Shown here piece after piece: positions 45,969 to 56,149 of a stretch of DNA of 64,000 nt. The stretch comes from Thermoanaerobaculia bacterium (GTDB lineage: Bacteria > Acidobacteriota > Thermoanaerobaculia > UBA5066): positions 96,001 through 160,000 of the forward strand of contig CAWFJJ010000028.1 of NCBI GenBank assembly GCA_963816185.1, in the 5' to 3' direction. The notes under the pieces are model-generated. The model was given only the letters and a program-made list of their open reading frames with translations, searched no databases and had not been told where the DNA came from. A program made the translations under genes and the position numbers. Every line of letters starts with the position of its first letter. Positions within the stretch are counted from its first letter, which is position 1.

Positions 45969-48124
45969 CCGAGGCCGGCCCGCCCCGCCTGGAACGCTTC
46001 GATCTCGTCGTGATCGGCTCGGGGCCGGCCGGTGAGAAGGGCGCCGCGCAGGCTGCGTACTTCGGAAAATCCGTCGCGCTCGTCGAACGGCTCGCCGAGC
46101 CCGGCGGCGTGTCCGTCCACACCGGGACGCTGCCCTCCAAGACCCTGCGCGAGTCGGCCCTCTACCTGACCGGGTTCCGGCGGCGCGAGCTCTACGGAAT
46201 GACGCTCCGCCTGGACCGGCAGAAGAGTCTGCGACAGCTCACCGGGCGGCTCCGCGACGTGACGGCGGCGCAGACGCGCCAGATCAGGCGCAACTTCGAG
46301 CGCCACCGGATCACGACGATCACGGGCCGTGGCCGCTTCCTCGACCCGGGCACGATCGGGGTCTTCGACGCGGACGGCAACGAGAAGCGGCGGCTCGGGT
46401 TCGACGCGGCCCTCGTGGCGGTGGGCTCTTCTCCTCTTCCGCCGCGTGGACTCACGTTCGACGACCCGGACGTCGAGGACTCGGACCGGATCCTCGACCT
46501 CGACCGCATCCCGAAATCCCTCGCCGTGGTCGGCGGCGGCGTCATCGGCTGCGAGTACGCCTCTCTCTTCGCGGCGCTCGGAACGACCGTGACCCTGATC
46601 GAAGGACGCGACCGGCTCCTCGGCTTTCTCGACGGCGAGTTGTCGTCGACTCTGAAGATCGCCCTCGAGCGGATGGGGGGAGAGGTCCTTCTCGGCGACG
46701 CCGTCGAGACGATCAGCCGGGAGGGGAATCTCACCGCGAACGCCCTGAGGCTCACGTTGAAATCCGGACGCGTGCTCGCGGCGGACAAGGTCCTGTTCTC
46801 GGCCGGGCGCCACGGAAACACGGAAGGGCTCGGGCTGGAGCAGGCCGGCGTGGTCTTCGACGAGAAGGGCCGGATCCCCGTCAACGACCACTTCCAGACG
46901 AACGTGCCCCGGATCTACGCCGCGGGCGACGTCGTCGGCTTCCCGGCGCTCGCCGCGACGTCGATGGAGCAGGGGCGCGTCGCCGCGTGCCACGCTTTCG
47001 ACATCCCCTTCAAGACCTCGGTGGCCCGGCTTTTTCCGTACGGCGTCTACACGATCCCCGAGGTGTCCATGATCGGCGCCACGGAGGAAGAGCTCAGAGA
47101 GCGGGGTGTTCCCTACGAAGTGGGAAGGGCGCGGTACGAGAACAACACGAGGGGGCAGATCACCGGCGACCTGGACGGTTTCGTGAAGCTGGTCTTCGAT
47201 CCCGCCACCAGGAAGCTGCTCGGAGCGCATCTCATCGGCGGGGGCGCGACGGAGCTCGTGCACATCGCACAGATGGTGATGCTGAAGGAAGGCGGCCTCG
47301 ACGACTTCATCCAGTCCGTCTTCAATTTCCCGACGCTCGCCGAGTGCTTCAAGTACGCGGCGTACGACGGCCTGCAGCGCCTTTCCCACCGCAGCGATGC
47401 CCCGCAAGAAAGGACGGCGAAAATCGCGGCGCCGAAGGCGGACGTCCATCCCCCCGCGCGTACGTGGTTCGTCGGAATCGACCTCACCGACCCCTTCGCC
47501 CATACGAGCCGCCCCGTGACGCTCGCCCTCATGGATCGGTGGCGGCGAGTTCGCTTCGTGACGTGGACGTACGAGCCGGCCGGCGAGAGGATGATCCCCG
47601 AACACGTCGCTACGGAGGGTTTCGTCGTCGCGATCGACGGGCCGCAGGGGCTCGCGGCCAGGGGTCGGACGATGCGGCTGGCCGAGCGCGTTTTGCGCGC
47701 CCCGGGCAAATCGGGCGAGACGTTCGCGGGGGCTGGAAAGCCCTACGCGGGCTTCATTCGCGGCAGCGTCGAACTCTTCGGCGCGCTCCGAAAATCGGGC
47801 CTCGGCCTCCTCGGGGAGGCGCCTTGGGAATCGACCGAGCTCCTCGAGGTCTATCCGGGCGACGCCTGGCCGAAATGGGCGGGGCGAAGGCCTCCGAAGA
47901 AGAGCCTTCCGGCGGGCCGGCGCGCGCGCTACGACATCCTGCGCGAGCACGGCCTCGAGCTGCCCGTCGGGTGCGACGCGATCACCCACGATCAGCTCGA
48001 CGCGGCGGCCGCCGCGTTCCTCGCCTACCTCTGGGCCACCGGCAACGCCCGGGAGTTCGGAGACCCGCCCGTCTGGGATGAGGGGGCGGGCTGCATCCGC
48101 GAAGGGATCATCGTCAGCGTCTAG
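45965..48124 (+). CDS. sthA: Soluble pyridine nucleotide transhydrogenase fused to a C-terminal DUF429-like domain
   Basis: GSGPAGEKGA, HTGTLPSKTLRE and FNFPTLAECFKYAAYDGL motifs, then GIDL, VAIDGP, LEVYP, DQLDA and EGIIV. Confidence 0.85.
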   Translation: MTEAGPPRLERFDLVVIGSGPAGEKGAAQAAYFGKSVALVERLAEPGGVSVHTGTLPSKTLRESALYLTGFRRRELYGMTLRLDRQKSLRQLTGRLRDVTAAQTRQIRRNFERHRITTITGRGRFLDPGTIGVFDADGNEKRRLGFDAALVAVGSSPLPPRGLTFDDPDVEDSDRILDLDRIPKSLAVVGGGVIGCEYASLFAALGTTVTLIEGRDRLLGFLDGELSSTLKIALERMGGEVLLGDAVETISREGNLTANALRLTLKSGRVLAADKVLFSAGRHGNTEGLGLEQAGVVFDEKGRIPVNDHFQTNVPRIYAAGDVVGFPALAATSMEQGRVAACHAFDIPFKTSVARLFPYGVYTIPEVSMIGATEEELRERGVPYEVGRARYENNTRGQITGDLDGFVKLVFDPATRKLLGAHLIGGGATELVHIAQMVMLKEGGLDDFIQSVFNFPTLAECFKYAAYDGLQRLSHRSDAPQERTAKIAAPKADVHPPARTWFVGIDLTDPFAHTSRPVTLALMDRWRRVRFVTWTYEPAGERMIPEHVATEGFVVAIDGPQGLAARGRTMRLAERVLRAPGKSGETFAGAGKPYAGFIRGSVELFGALRKSGLGLLGEAPWESTELLEVYPGDAWPKWAGRRPPKKSLPAGRRARYDILREHGLELPVGCDAITHDQLDAAAAAFLAYLWATGNAREFGDPPVWDEGAGCIREGIIVSV

Positions 48125-50837
48125 CGCCCCACGTGTCGACCTCGACCGGAGCCTGGAGGCCGACGTCCTTGAGCTGCGGCAGGATCGCCGCCTTGTCCCC
48201 GACGAGGACGAGGACGCCGCGGTCGAGCGCGAGCGCGTCCCGTGCGGTCGCATTCAACGCGGGCGCATCGAGCGCGGCCTGCGCCGCGAGGTCCTCGCCT
48301 AGGGTTTCGAAGGGCGCGCCGAGCTCGACGTAGCCGGTCGCGGTCGCGAGGATTCCCGAGAGGCCCGAGAAGGACTGCACGGCGGAGTTCTTCACGATGT
48401 CCCGTGCCTTACCGACCTCTTCCGGCGTGACGTCGCCGCCCGAGAGCCGCGCGAACTCCGCGAGGAACTCCTTGAGGGCGGCGCCTGTGACCTTCGAGGT
48501 GACGTCCGCGCCGGCGCTGAACGTGCCCAGCGCGCGCCCGAGTCCGAACCGGGCGCTCGCCCCGTACGTGTAGCCGTTCTTCTCCCTGAGGTTCTGGTTC
48601 AGACGGCTCGTGAAGCTGCCGCCCAGGATCGTTCCGAGGAGGCGAAGCTTCGGTCGGACGGGATCGGCGAATTTTGGCGCGGGCGCGGCAAAGCGCACGA
48701 TCGTCTGCGGCGCTCCGGGGCGGTCGACGAGGAAGACCCGGGGCCCGCGGATCGTGAGAGGAGAGGTCGAGGGAAGCGGGACGACGGGCGGACGCGGACC
48801 CTCGGCCTTCCAGTCGCCGAGAGCCTTCTCGAGCGCCGCCTTCGTCTCGGAGAGGGAAAGGCTGCTCGCGACCACGAGGGTCGCGAGATCCGGGCGGACG
48901 AGAGCAGCGCGCTCGGACTTGACTCGGTCGAGCGTGATCGCCGTGAGGGATTCAGGTGTTCCGTCGACCGGCCAGGCATAGGGATGGCCGTCGCCGTGGA
49001 GCTCGCGGCTCACGACGCGCGCGGCGACCTCGTCGGGCCTCTCGTCGGACTGAACGAGATCGTCGAGCGCGAGCCTTTTCACGCGTGCGAAGTCCTTCTC
49101 CTCGAGCCGGGGCCTGCGCACGGCGTCCGCGAGGAGCGAGGCCCCCTTCGCGAAATTGCGCGAGAGGATCGTCATCCTCGCCTCCAGCGCTTCGTGGTCG
49201 GCCGATGCCGAGAACTGTCCGCCGAGCGCGGCGACCTCCTCGCCGAACCGGAGCGCGTCCAGGTCGCCGGCGCCCTCGTCGAGCATCTGGGCGGTCATCG
49301 AGGCGAGGCCCGCGTCATGTCCGTCGGCGGCCGTCAACGGGCCGCCCGTCTGGAAGACGAGCGCGGCCGCGGTGAGCGGCAGGTCGAGCGTCCTCCAGAA
49401 CTCGACGGGGATGCCGTTCGCGAGCGTGAAGCGTTCGGGCGCCGGCGGGTGGAACGCGGCCGGCACGCCGTCCGCCGGACGCGCGTCGCGCGGACCCGGT
49501 GCGCGCTTCGGCTGCTCGGGGAGCACCCGGAAGAGGACGCGCGCGTTCTGCGTGATCACGCGCCGCGCGGTCTCGAGGACGGCCGCTCTCGTCGCGTTGC
49601 GGTACCGGTCGAGGTCCCGCTGGAAGCTGTTCGGCTCGCCCCAGAAGAACTCGTACTGGTTCATGTAGTCCGCGCGCGTCCCGAGGCGCTGCAGCGCGGC
49701 GAGCTTCCCGGCCTCGATCGAGGCCTTCCGCTCGTCGAGCTCCTTCTCGGTCGGCCCTTCCTTGAGAAAGCGCGCGAGCTCCTCGTCGACGACTTTCTCC
49801 ACGCGGTCGAGATCCGCGTCGGGGCGGGTCTGCACGTCGATGCGGAAGACCGAGCCGAGGAGCTGGCTCTCGTTGTTCGCGGTGACGGACGTGGCGAGCG
49901 CGTCGTCGATGACGAGGCGCTTGTAGAGACGGCTGCTCTTGCCGTCGGCGAGGACGGCGGCGACGAGGTCCGTCTCGGCGTCTCCGGGGCCGAAGGCCTT
50001 CGGCGAGTGATACGCGAACGTGAGCTGCGGGAGCTGGACCTTGTCGAAGGCGACTCCCCGCTTCACGCCGTTAAGCGTGGCGGGCGGCACGTCCCGCCGC
50101 GGAGGCTCGGCCCCGCGCGGGAGGGTGCCGAAGAGCTTCTCGACGAGGGGGCGGATCACCTTCGGATCGAAATCTCCCGCGACGACGAGGCTCGCGTTGG
50201 ACGGCGTGTAGTACGTCGCGAAGAAGTCCTTCACGTCGTTCACCTGAGCCGCTTTCAGGTCCTCTTCGGTGCCGATCGGCGGGAAGTGGTACGGGTGCGC
50301 GGGCGGATAGAGCAGATACTGGATCGCGAGCTCCGCGCGGCCGTAAGGCTGGTTCTCGTAGCTCTGCCTCAGCTCGTTCAGGACGACGTCGCGCTGCAGG
50401 TCGAGCTTCTTCTGGTCCATCGCGCGCGCAAGGTCTTCGAGCCGGTCCGCGTCGAGCCAGAGGAGCGTCGGGAGCAGCGAGGCGGGGCCGGATGAGAAGT
50501 AGTTCGTGCGGTCGGTGTCCGTCGAGGCGTTGTTCGATCCGCCCGCCGCTTCCATGATCCGGTCGAACTCGCCGGTCGGCACGCGTTCCGTGCCCATGAA
50601 CATCAGGTGCTCGAAGAGGTGCGCGAAACCGCTGCGGCGCGGCTGCTCGTCCTTGCTGCCCACGCGGTACCAGATGTTCACGGCGGCGACCGGCAGGCTG
50701 TGGTCCGGGTAGAGGATCACGGTCATCCCGTTCTTCAGCGTGAGCTTCTCGACGGCGAAGCTCTGTGCGGGAACCCGGGCGGTCGCGAGAAGAACGGCGG
50801 CGAGAGCGCAGGCGAAGAAGGCGGAACGTCGGGTCAT
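48114..50837 (-). CDS. M16 (pitrilysin/PqqL-like) zinc peptidase, fused two-subunit form
   Basis: Signal peptide, WYRVGS, AHLFEHLMF (HxxEH) and SRLNQNLREKNGYTYG motifs. Confidence 0.93.
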   Translation of the reverse strand: MTRRSAFFACALAAVLLATARVPAQSFAVEKLTLKNGMTVILYPDHSLPVAAVNIWYRVGSKDEQPRRSGFAHLFEHLMFMGTERVPTGEFDRIMEAAGGSNNASTDTDRTNYFSSGPASLLPTLLWLDADRLEDLARAMDQKKLDLQRDVVLNELRQSYENQPYGRAELAIQYLLYPPAHPYHFPPIGTEEDLKAAQVNDVKDFFATYYTPSNASLVVAGDFDPKVIRPLVEKLFGTLPRGAEPPRRDVPPATLNGVKRGVAFDKVQLPQLTFAYHSPKAFGPGDAETDLVAAVLADGKSSRLYKRLVIDDALATSVTANNESQLLGSVFRIDVQTRPDADLDRVEKVVDEELARFLKEGPTEKELDERKASIEAGKLAALQRLGTRADYMNQYEFFWGEPNSFQRDLDRYRNATRAAVLETARRVITQNARVLFRVLPEQPKRAPGPRDARPADGVPAAFHPPAPERFTLANGIPVEFWRTLDLPLTAAALVFQTGGPLTAADGHDAGLASMTAQMLDEGAGDLDALRFGEEVAALGGQFSASADHEALEARMTILSRNFAKGASLLADAVRRPRLEEKDFARVKRLALDDLVQSDERPDEVAARVVSRELHGDGHPYAWPVDGTPESLTAITLDRVKSERAALVRPDLATLVVASSLSLSETKAALEKALGDWKAEGPRPPVVPLPSTSPLTIRGPRVFLVDRPGAPQTIVRFAAPAPKFADPVRPKLRLLGTILGGSFTSRLNQNLREKNGYTYGASARFGLGRALGTFSAGADVTSKVTGAALKEFLAEFARLSGGDVTPEEVGKARDIVKNSAVQSFSGLSGILATATGYVELGAPFETLGEDLAAQAALDAPALNATARDALALDRGVLVLVGDKAAILPQLKDVGLQAPVEVDTWGARR

Positions 50838-50953
50838 GAAATTCCTCCGGCCGTCGTGGGACACGTCGACGCGCTGGAGAGTACGGCGGGAATCGAAAAA
50901 GGTTGCTAGGATTTGCCGTTGGTCGAGGTCCAGGCACGAAAGGAGCGTCTCCC

Positions 50954-51550
50954 ATGATTCTTCCCCCTCTTCCGTGGGCCGACAACGCGCTCGAGCCCTT
51001 CATCTCGAAGAACACGATCGGCTTCCATTACGGCAAGCACCACAAGACGTACGTCGACAACCTCAACGGCCTGGTGGCCGGAAAGCCGGAGGCCGACATG
51101 GATCTCGTCTCGATCGTCAAGACGTCGGCCGGCAAGGCCGACAAGGCGGCGATGTTCAACAACGCGGCCCAGGTCTGGAACCACACGTTCTACTGGAACA
51201 GCCTTCGCCCGAAGGGCGACGCGAAGATACCGAAGGAGATCGCCGCGAAAATCGACACGTCCTTCAAGGGCGGATACGAGGGCTTCAAGAAGGAGTTCTC
51301 AGACGCCGCGATGGGGCAGTTCGGGAGCGGCTGGGCCTGGCTCGTCGCCGAAGCCGGCAAGCTCAAGGTCGTCAAGACGCCGAACGCCGAGAATCCGCTC
51401 ACCACGGCGGCCACGCCGCTCCTGACGCTCGACGTCTGGGAGCACGCGTACTACCTCGATTACCAGAACCGCCGGAAGGACTACGTCGCCGCCGTGGTCG
51501 ACAACCTCCTGAACTGGGACTTCGCGGAGAAGAACCTGGCGAAGGGGTGA
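50954..51550 (+). CDS. sodB: Fe/Mn superoxide dismutase, probably Fe type
   Basis: HYGKHH, FNNAAQVWNH, FGSGWAWL and DVWEHAYYLDY motifs. AGGAG RBS. Confidence 0.93.
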   Translation: MILPPLPWADNALEPFISKNTIGFHYGKHHKTYVDNLNGLVAGKPEADMDLVSIVKTSAGKADKAAMFNNAAQVWNHTFYWNSLRPKGDAKIPKEIAAKIDTSFKGGYEGFKKEFSDAAMGQFGSGWAWLVAEAGKLKVVKTPNAENPLTTAATPLLTLDVWEHAYYLDYQNRRKDYVAAVVDNLLNWDFAEKNLAKG

Positions 51551-51569
51551 ACGCGTCGTCCCGCGGCAG

Positions 51570-52016
51570 CTACGGGACGAGATCCGACACCCACACCGCG
51601 CACAGCAAGGCCTTCAGCCGGTTGAAGTCCTTGTCGCCGAGCGTCGTCCGCCATTCGGTCTCGATCTCGGCCAGGATCTCGTGGATCTTGGCCCAGGCGG
51701 CTCGTCCGCGTCTCGTGAAGTGGACAACGCGCGCCCGCCGGCCCTCCTTGGCATCGCGGCGGACGATGTAACCGAGCCGCTCGAGGCTCTGAAGGAGCTG
51801 ATTCATGGCTTGCTTGCTCATCCCGGCGCGCTCGGCCAGCTCGCTCGGGCGACAGCCGTGCGGGCCGGGATACTGCAACACCCCCATGTGTGGGAGGCGA
51901 AGATCGCGGAAGCCGGCGCTGTTCAATCCGGAGACGATGCGCCGATGGACGGCCTGAGCCGGCAGCCGCAGCAAGGCGCCGATCAGGGGATTTTCGGGAA
52001 GCTCGAGGCTTGACAT
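51570..52016 (-). CDS. MarR family transcriptional regulator
   Basis: SELAERAGMSKQAMNQLLQSLERLGYI...RARVVHFTRRG. Confidence 0.9.
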   Translation of the reverse strand: MSSLELPENPLIGALLRLPAQAVHRRIVSGLNSAGFRDLRLPHMGVLQYPGPHGCRPSELAERAGMSKQAMNQLLQSLERLGYIVRRDAKEGRRARVVHFTRRGRAAWAKIHEILAEIETEWRTTLGDKDFNRLKALLCAVWVSDLVP

Positions 52017-52019
52017 TCG

Positions 52020-52061
52020 AGTAAACTCCATGTACTTTAGTGTTGGTAAATGAAGTTTACT
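52020..52061. promoter_or_regulatory. Two GTAAA-N5-TTTAC-type boxes, likely MarR operators
   Basis: AGTAAACTCCATGTAC (52020-52035) matches the reverse complement of GTAAATGAAGTTTACT (52046-52061) at 14/16 positions. Lies between divergent genes. Confidence 0.72.
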
Positions 52062-52075
52062 AAAAGGAGGACGTC

Positions 52076-52549
52076 ATGGCAACGCAGATCTGGGTGAACC
52101 CGTCGGAAGAGACCATCCAGATCGGTCCGCTTGGCATTCGCTTCCTTCTGAGCGGCGACGACACCAATGGCGGCGCCTCCGTCTTCGAAATGACGGTCCC
52201 GGCCGGACGGAAGCTGGCGGCTCCGGCCCACAAGAACGACGCTTACGAGGAGACGCTCTACGGGATCACGGGTGTGCTGACCTGGACCATCGACGGCAGG
52301 GCCATCGCGGTCGGGCCCGGCGAGGCCGTGTGCATCCCGCGCGGCGCCGTCCACCGCTTCGACAACTTCGGGTCGGAGGATGCGAAGCAGCTGTCGATCA
52401 TCACTCCGGCGATCATGGGTCCCGCCTACTTCCGGGAAGCCAGCGAGGTCGTGAACGCCGCCGCCGGAGGGCCGCCGGACGTGGCCAGGATGGTCGAGGT
52501 CTTCCGGCGACACGGGATGACGATTGCCGCGCCGCCGCCGGCCCGTTAA
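52076..52549 (+). CDS. Cupin domain protein
   Basis: AHKNDAYEETLY...G...IPRGAVHRFDN. AAGGAGG RBS. Confidence 0.88.
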   Translation: MATQIWVNPSEETIQIGPLGIRFLLSGDDTNGGASVFEMTVPAGRKLAAPAHKNDAYEETLYGITGVLTWTIDGRAIAVGPGEAVCIPRGAVHRFDNFGSEDAKQLSIITPAIMGPAYFREASEVVNAAAGGPPDVARMVEVFRRHGMTIAAPPPAR

Positions 52550-52597
52550 CCGTCGAACGTTTTTCACGGAACACGGGCTTGCTTCCCCCGAGGCGGG

Positions 52598-53579
52598 TCA
52601 GGGCCGCGCGCTCTCGAGCCGCCGCACGTACCAGTCGACGCCGTCCTCGAGGCCGACGGGCTTCTTCGTGAATCCCTGCGCTCTCAGGCGCTCCATCTTC
52701 GCCTCGGTGAAGTACTGGTAGCGCGCGCGGATCGCCTCGGGCGTCGGGACGAAGACGATGCGTTCGGGCAGGCCGAGCGACCTGAAGACGCCCTTCGCGA
52801 GGTCGAGGAACGTGCGCGCCTTCCCGGTTCCGACGTTGTAGATCCCCGAGGTCACGGGTTTTTTCAGCGCGAACCACACCGCCTCGACGGCGTCGGACAC
52901 GTCGACGAAATCGCGCGACTGGTGTCCGTGGGGGATGTCCGCCCGGTGCGACTCGAAGAGGCGGATCTCGCCTTTCGCCTTCGCCTGGTCGTAGCCGTGG
53001 AGGACGACGCTGGCCTGCGGTCCCTTGTGGCGCTCGCCGAAGCCGTACACGTTGAAGAAGCGGAAGCCGGCCCACGAGGGCGGCGTGCGCCCCGCCGCGG
53101 CTTCCCCGAGCGCCCAGAGGTCGAAGCGGCGCTTGGACTCGCCGTAAGGATTCAGCGGCTTGAGTCGCGGCACCAACGCGTCCGAGTCGTCGAACCCGAG
53201 CGCGCCGTCGCCGTACACGGCCGCGCTCGAGGCGTAGACGTACGGAATGCCGAGGCGGCGGGCCCCGTTCCAAAGATTCTTGGAGTAGTCGACGTTGAAC
53301 TGCCGGAGAAGATCCTCGTCCAACTCGGTCGTGGACGAGATCGCGCCCATGTGGACGATGCCGGCGAGGGGGATGCGGGAGGACGCGAGCCACGGCGCCA
53401 GCTCCTCGACGTCGAGCCTCGTCCCGAAGTCGAGGCGCGCTGTGCTCAGGCCGGCTCGCGAACGCGTCCCGGTGGTCGACGCTGACGACATTCACGCCGC
53501 GAGCGTTGCAGGACTCCACGAAGCGGGCGCCGATGAAGCCGGCGGCGCCGGTGACGAGAAGCGTCTCGGCTGCGCTCAC
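52598..53579 (-). CDS. rfaD: ADP-L-glycero-D-manno-heptose 6-epimerase, frameshift near 53440
   Basis: LVTGAAGFIG in ORF 52413-53579; HMGAISSTT, YASSAAVYG, YGESK, FFNVYG and YQYFTEA in ORF 52598-53491. Confidence 0.9.
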
Positions 53580-53637
53580 CCGCTGATCCTACGGGATCTC
53601 GCTTGGCATCTTCACGTCTTCTTCCTATGCTCCGGCC

Positions 53638-54606
53638 ATGACGATCAGCGCGTTCCTGAAGCATCATTTCCGCCATTTCAACTCCGCGACTCTCGTGGAC
53701 GCGGCAGAAGCCTGGAAGGATCTCCTCGCGGGCGGCGGCCGGATGTTCCTGACGATGGCCGGAGCGATGTCGACGGCCGAGCTCGGGCTGTCGCTCGCCG
53801 AGATGATCCGGCAGGGGAAGGTCCACGCCATCACGTGCACGGGCGCGAATCTCGAGGAGGACGTCTTCAACCTCGTGGCGCACGACCACTACGTGCGTCT
53901 CCCGAACTACCGCGAGCTGAGTCCCGCCGAGGAGACCGCGCTGCACGGGCGGCACCTGAACCGCGTCACGGACACGTGCATTCCGGAGGAGGAGGCGATC
54001 CGGCGGATCGAGCGTGCTGTGCTCGACGAGTGGACCGCGGCGGACCGCGAGGGCAAGCGTTACTTCCCGCACGAGTTCATGTACCGGATCCTTCTCTCCG
54101 GCGTACTCAAGGAGCACTACCAGATCGACCCGAAAGACTCGTGGCTCCTCGCGGCGGCCGAGAAGGACCTTCCGATGTTCGTCCCCGGCTGGGAGGACTC
54201 GACGCTCGGCAACATCTTCGCCGCGCACTGCATCGAGAAGGAGATCAAGAACGTCCACACGGTGCGGACGGGCATCGAGTACATGACGGCTCTCGCCGAG
54301 TGGTACACCTCGACCTCTCCGAAGAATCCGGTCGGCTTCTTCCAGATCGGCGGCGGCATCGCGGGCGACTTTCCGATCTGCGTCGTGCCGATGCTCCACC
54401 AGGATCTCCGGCGGGACGGCGTGCCGCTGTGGGCGTATTTCTGCCAGATCAGCGACTCCACGACGAGCCTCGGGAGCTACAGCGGCGCCGTCCCGAACGA
54501 GAAGATCACGTGGGGCAAGCTCGGCGCGAAGACGCCGCGGTTCGTCATCGAGTCCGACGCGACGATCGTCGCGCCCCTCATGTTCGCGTTCGTGCTCGGG
54601 TGGTGA
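53638..54606 (+). CDS. Deoxyhypusine synthase family protein
   Basis: AGAMST, TGANLEED, RVTDTCIPEE, IGGG and SYSGAVPNEKITWGK motifs. Confidence 0.92.
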   Translation: MTISAFLKHHFRHFNSATLVDAAEAWKDLLAGGGRMFLTMAGAMSTAELGLSLAEMIRQGKVHAITCTGANLEEDVFNLVAHDHYVRLPNYRELSPAEETALHGRHLNRVTDTCIPEEEAIRRIERAVLDEWTAADREGKRYFPHEFMYRILLSGVLKEHYQIDPKDSWLLAAAEKDLPMFVPGWEDSTLGNIFAAHCIEKEIKNVHTVRTGIEYMTALAEWYTSTSPKNPVGFFQIGGGIAGDFPICVVPMLHQDLRRDGVPLWAYFCQISDSTTSLGSYSGAVPNEKITWGKLGAKTPRFVIESDATIVAPLMFAFVLGW

Positions 54607-55526
54607 GCCGGGTGAGAAGGGCTGGTCTCCTTTTCCTTGCGGTGACGGCGCTCGGAGCCGGCGCCTGCCGAAAGAGCGAGCCGCCGAAGCCCGCCGCGGG
54701 CCTCGAGAGGCCCTATGCCCTGAAGGGCGTCGTCGTGTCAGTCGACCGCGCGGGCGGGAAAGTCACCGTCAAGCACGACGAGATCCCGGGCTATATGGAA
54801 GCCATGACGATGCCGTTCGCAGTCTCCGAGCCGAAGATCCTCGAGGATCTCAAGCCCGGCGACACGATCGAGGCGAAGCTCCTCGTCGGCGAACGCAGCT
54901 CGCACCTCGAAGGCATCGTCGTGTCGCGTCCGCCCGGCACGCCGTCCGTCCAGACGATCCCCGCGCTCGGGGACTACGGGAAGCCGGGCGATGCCGCGCC
55001 GGCCACCGTTCTCGTGGACCAGGAAGGAAAGCCGCTCTCGCTCGCGGATTTCAGGGGCAAGGCCGTGGCGGTGACGTTCATCTTCACGCGTTGCCCGCTC
55101 CCGGACTTCTGCCCGCGCATGAACCTGAACTTCTCGGAGGTCGAGCGCCGCCTCGCGACGGATCCGAAGCTCTACGGCGCCACACAGCTCCTCTCGGTCA
55201 GCTTCGACCCCGAGCACGACACGCCGGCCGTCCTGAAGGCTTTCCGGGAGCCGTTCCTGAAGGGAGTCCCCGACGTGGTGCCGGGCCACTGGCGCTTCGC
55301 CACGGGCACGCTCGAGCGGATCAAGGAGTTCGCGGGATTCTTCGGCCTCACGTACCTCAAGACGGGAGACCAGTTCGTTCACAGCCTCGCGACCGCGGTC
55401 ATCTCTCCTGACGGGAAACTCCTTTCGATCCGGCGAGGCAACGACTGGGAGCCGAAGGAGCTCGTGGATGACCTGAGACGAGCGGCCGCGGGCGAGAACC
55501 GACACGTCAAGGCGGCCTCGAAATGA
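54603..55526 (+). CDS. Lipoprotein with CusF-like N-terminal domain and SCO domain
   Basis: Lipobox AGAC, VKHDEIPGYMEAMTMPF, FIFTRCPLPDFCP and FVHSL motifs. Confidence 0.88.
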   Translation: MSRVRRAGLLFLAVTALGAGACRKSEPPKPAAGLERPYALKGVVVSVDRAGGKVTVKHDEIPGYMEAMTMPFAVSEPKILEDLKPGDTIEAKLLVGERSSHLEGIVVSRPPGTPSVQTIPALGDYGKPGDAAPATVLVDQEGKPLSLADFRGKAVAVTFIFTRCPLPDFCPRMNLNFSEVERRLATDPKLYGATQLLSVSFDPEHDTPAVLKAFREPFLKGVPDVVPGHWRFATGTLERIKEFAGFFGLTYLKTGDQFVHSLATAVISPDGKLLSIRRGNDWEPKELVDDLRRAAAGENRHVKAASK

Positions 55527-56131
55527 AGGCGCTCCGGCTCGCGGTTTTCTGCGCCGCGGTCCTTCTCGGAATGCTGGGCCTTCACCAGCTCGTGTACGCT
55601 CTCATGAGCCGTGGACATGCCTCCGACCTGCCGATGCTGGGACACGTCCCCGATTTCGCCTTCGTCTCCGAGCGCGGCCGGCCGGTCGCCGCGCGCGACC
55701 TCGAGGGCAAGGCATGGATCGCCGACTTCATCTTCACGCGCTGCGGCGGCACGTGTCCGGCGATGTCCGAGAGGATGGCGGAGCTAGCGCGTACTCTGAA
55801 GGACGAGCCCGGCGTGGCGTTCGTCTCGTTCGACGTGGATCCCGAGCACGACAGCCTGGCCGACCTCGCCACGTATTCGCGCCAGCACCGGGCCGATCCC
55901 GAACGCTGGACGTTTCTGCGCGGCGAGAGCGCGGCCGTGCGCGCCCTCGCGGGCGAGGGTTTCAGGCTCGCGGTCGTGGACGGCCACGCCGACGATCCGG
56001 AGCCGATCCTTCATTCCTCGCGCTTCGTCCTCGTCGACGGAACGCGGGAGATTCGCGGCTATTACGACGGGCTCGAGGCCGGCGGCGTCGAGAAGCTCGC
56101 TGACGACGCGCGACGGCTCGCGAAGGACTGA
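55523..56131 (+). CDS. SCO1/SenC family copper chaperone
   Basis: DFIFTRCGGTCP, VDPEHDS and ILHSSRFVLVD motifs. Confidence 0.92.
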   Translation: MKALRLAVFCAAVLLGMLGLHQLVYALMSRGHASDLPMLGHVPDFAFVSERGRPVAARDLEGKAWIADFIFTRCGGTCPAMSERMAELARTLKDEPGVAFVSFDVDPEHDSLADLATYSRQHRADPERWTFLRGESAAVRALAGEGFRLAVVDGHADDPEPILHSSRFVLVDGTREIRGYYDGLEAGGVEKLADDARRLAKD

Positions 56132-56149
56132 CGACCCTATACTCCGCGC

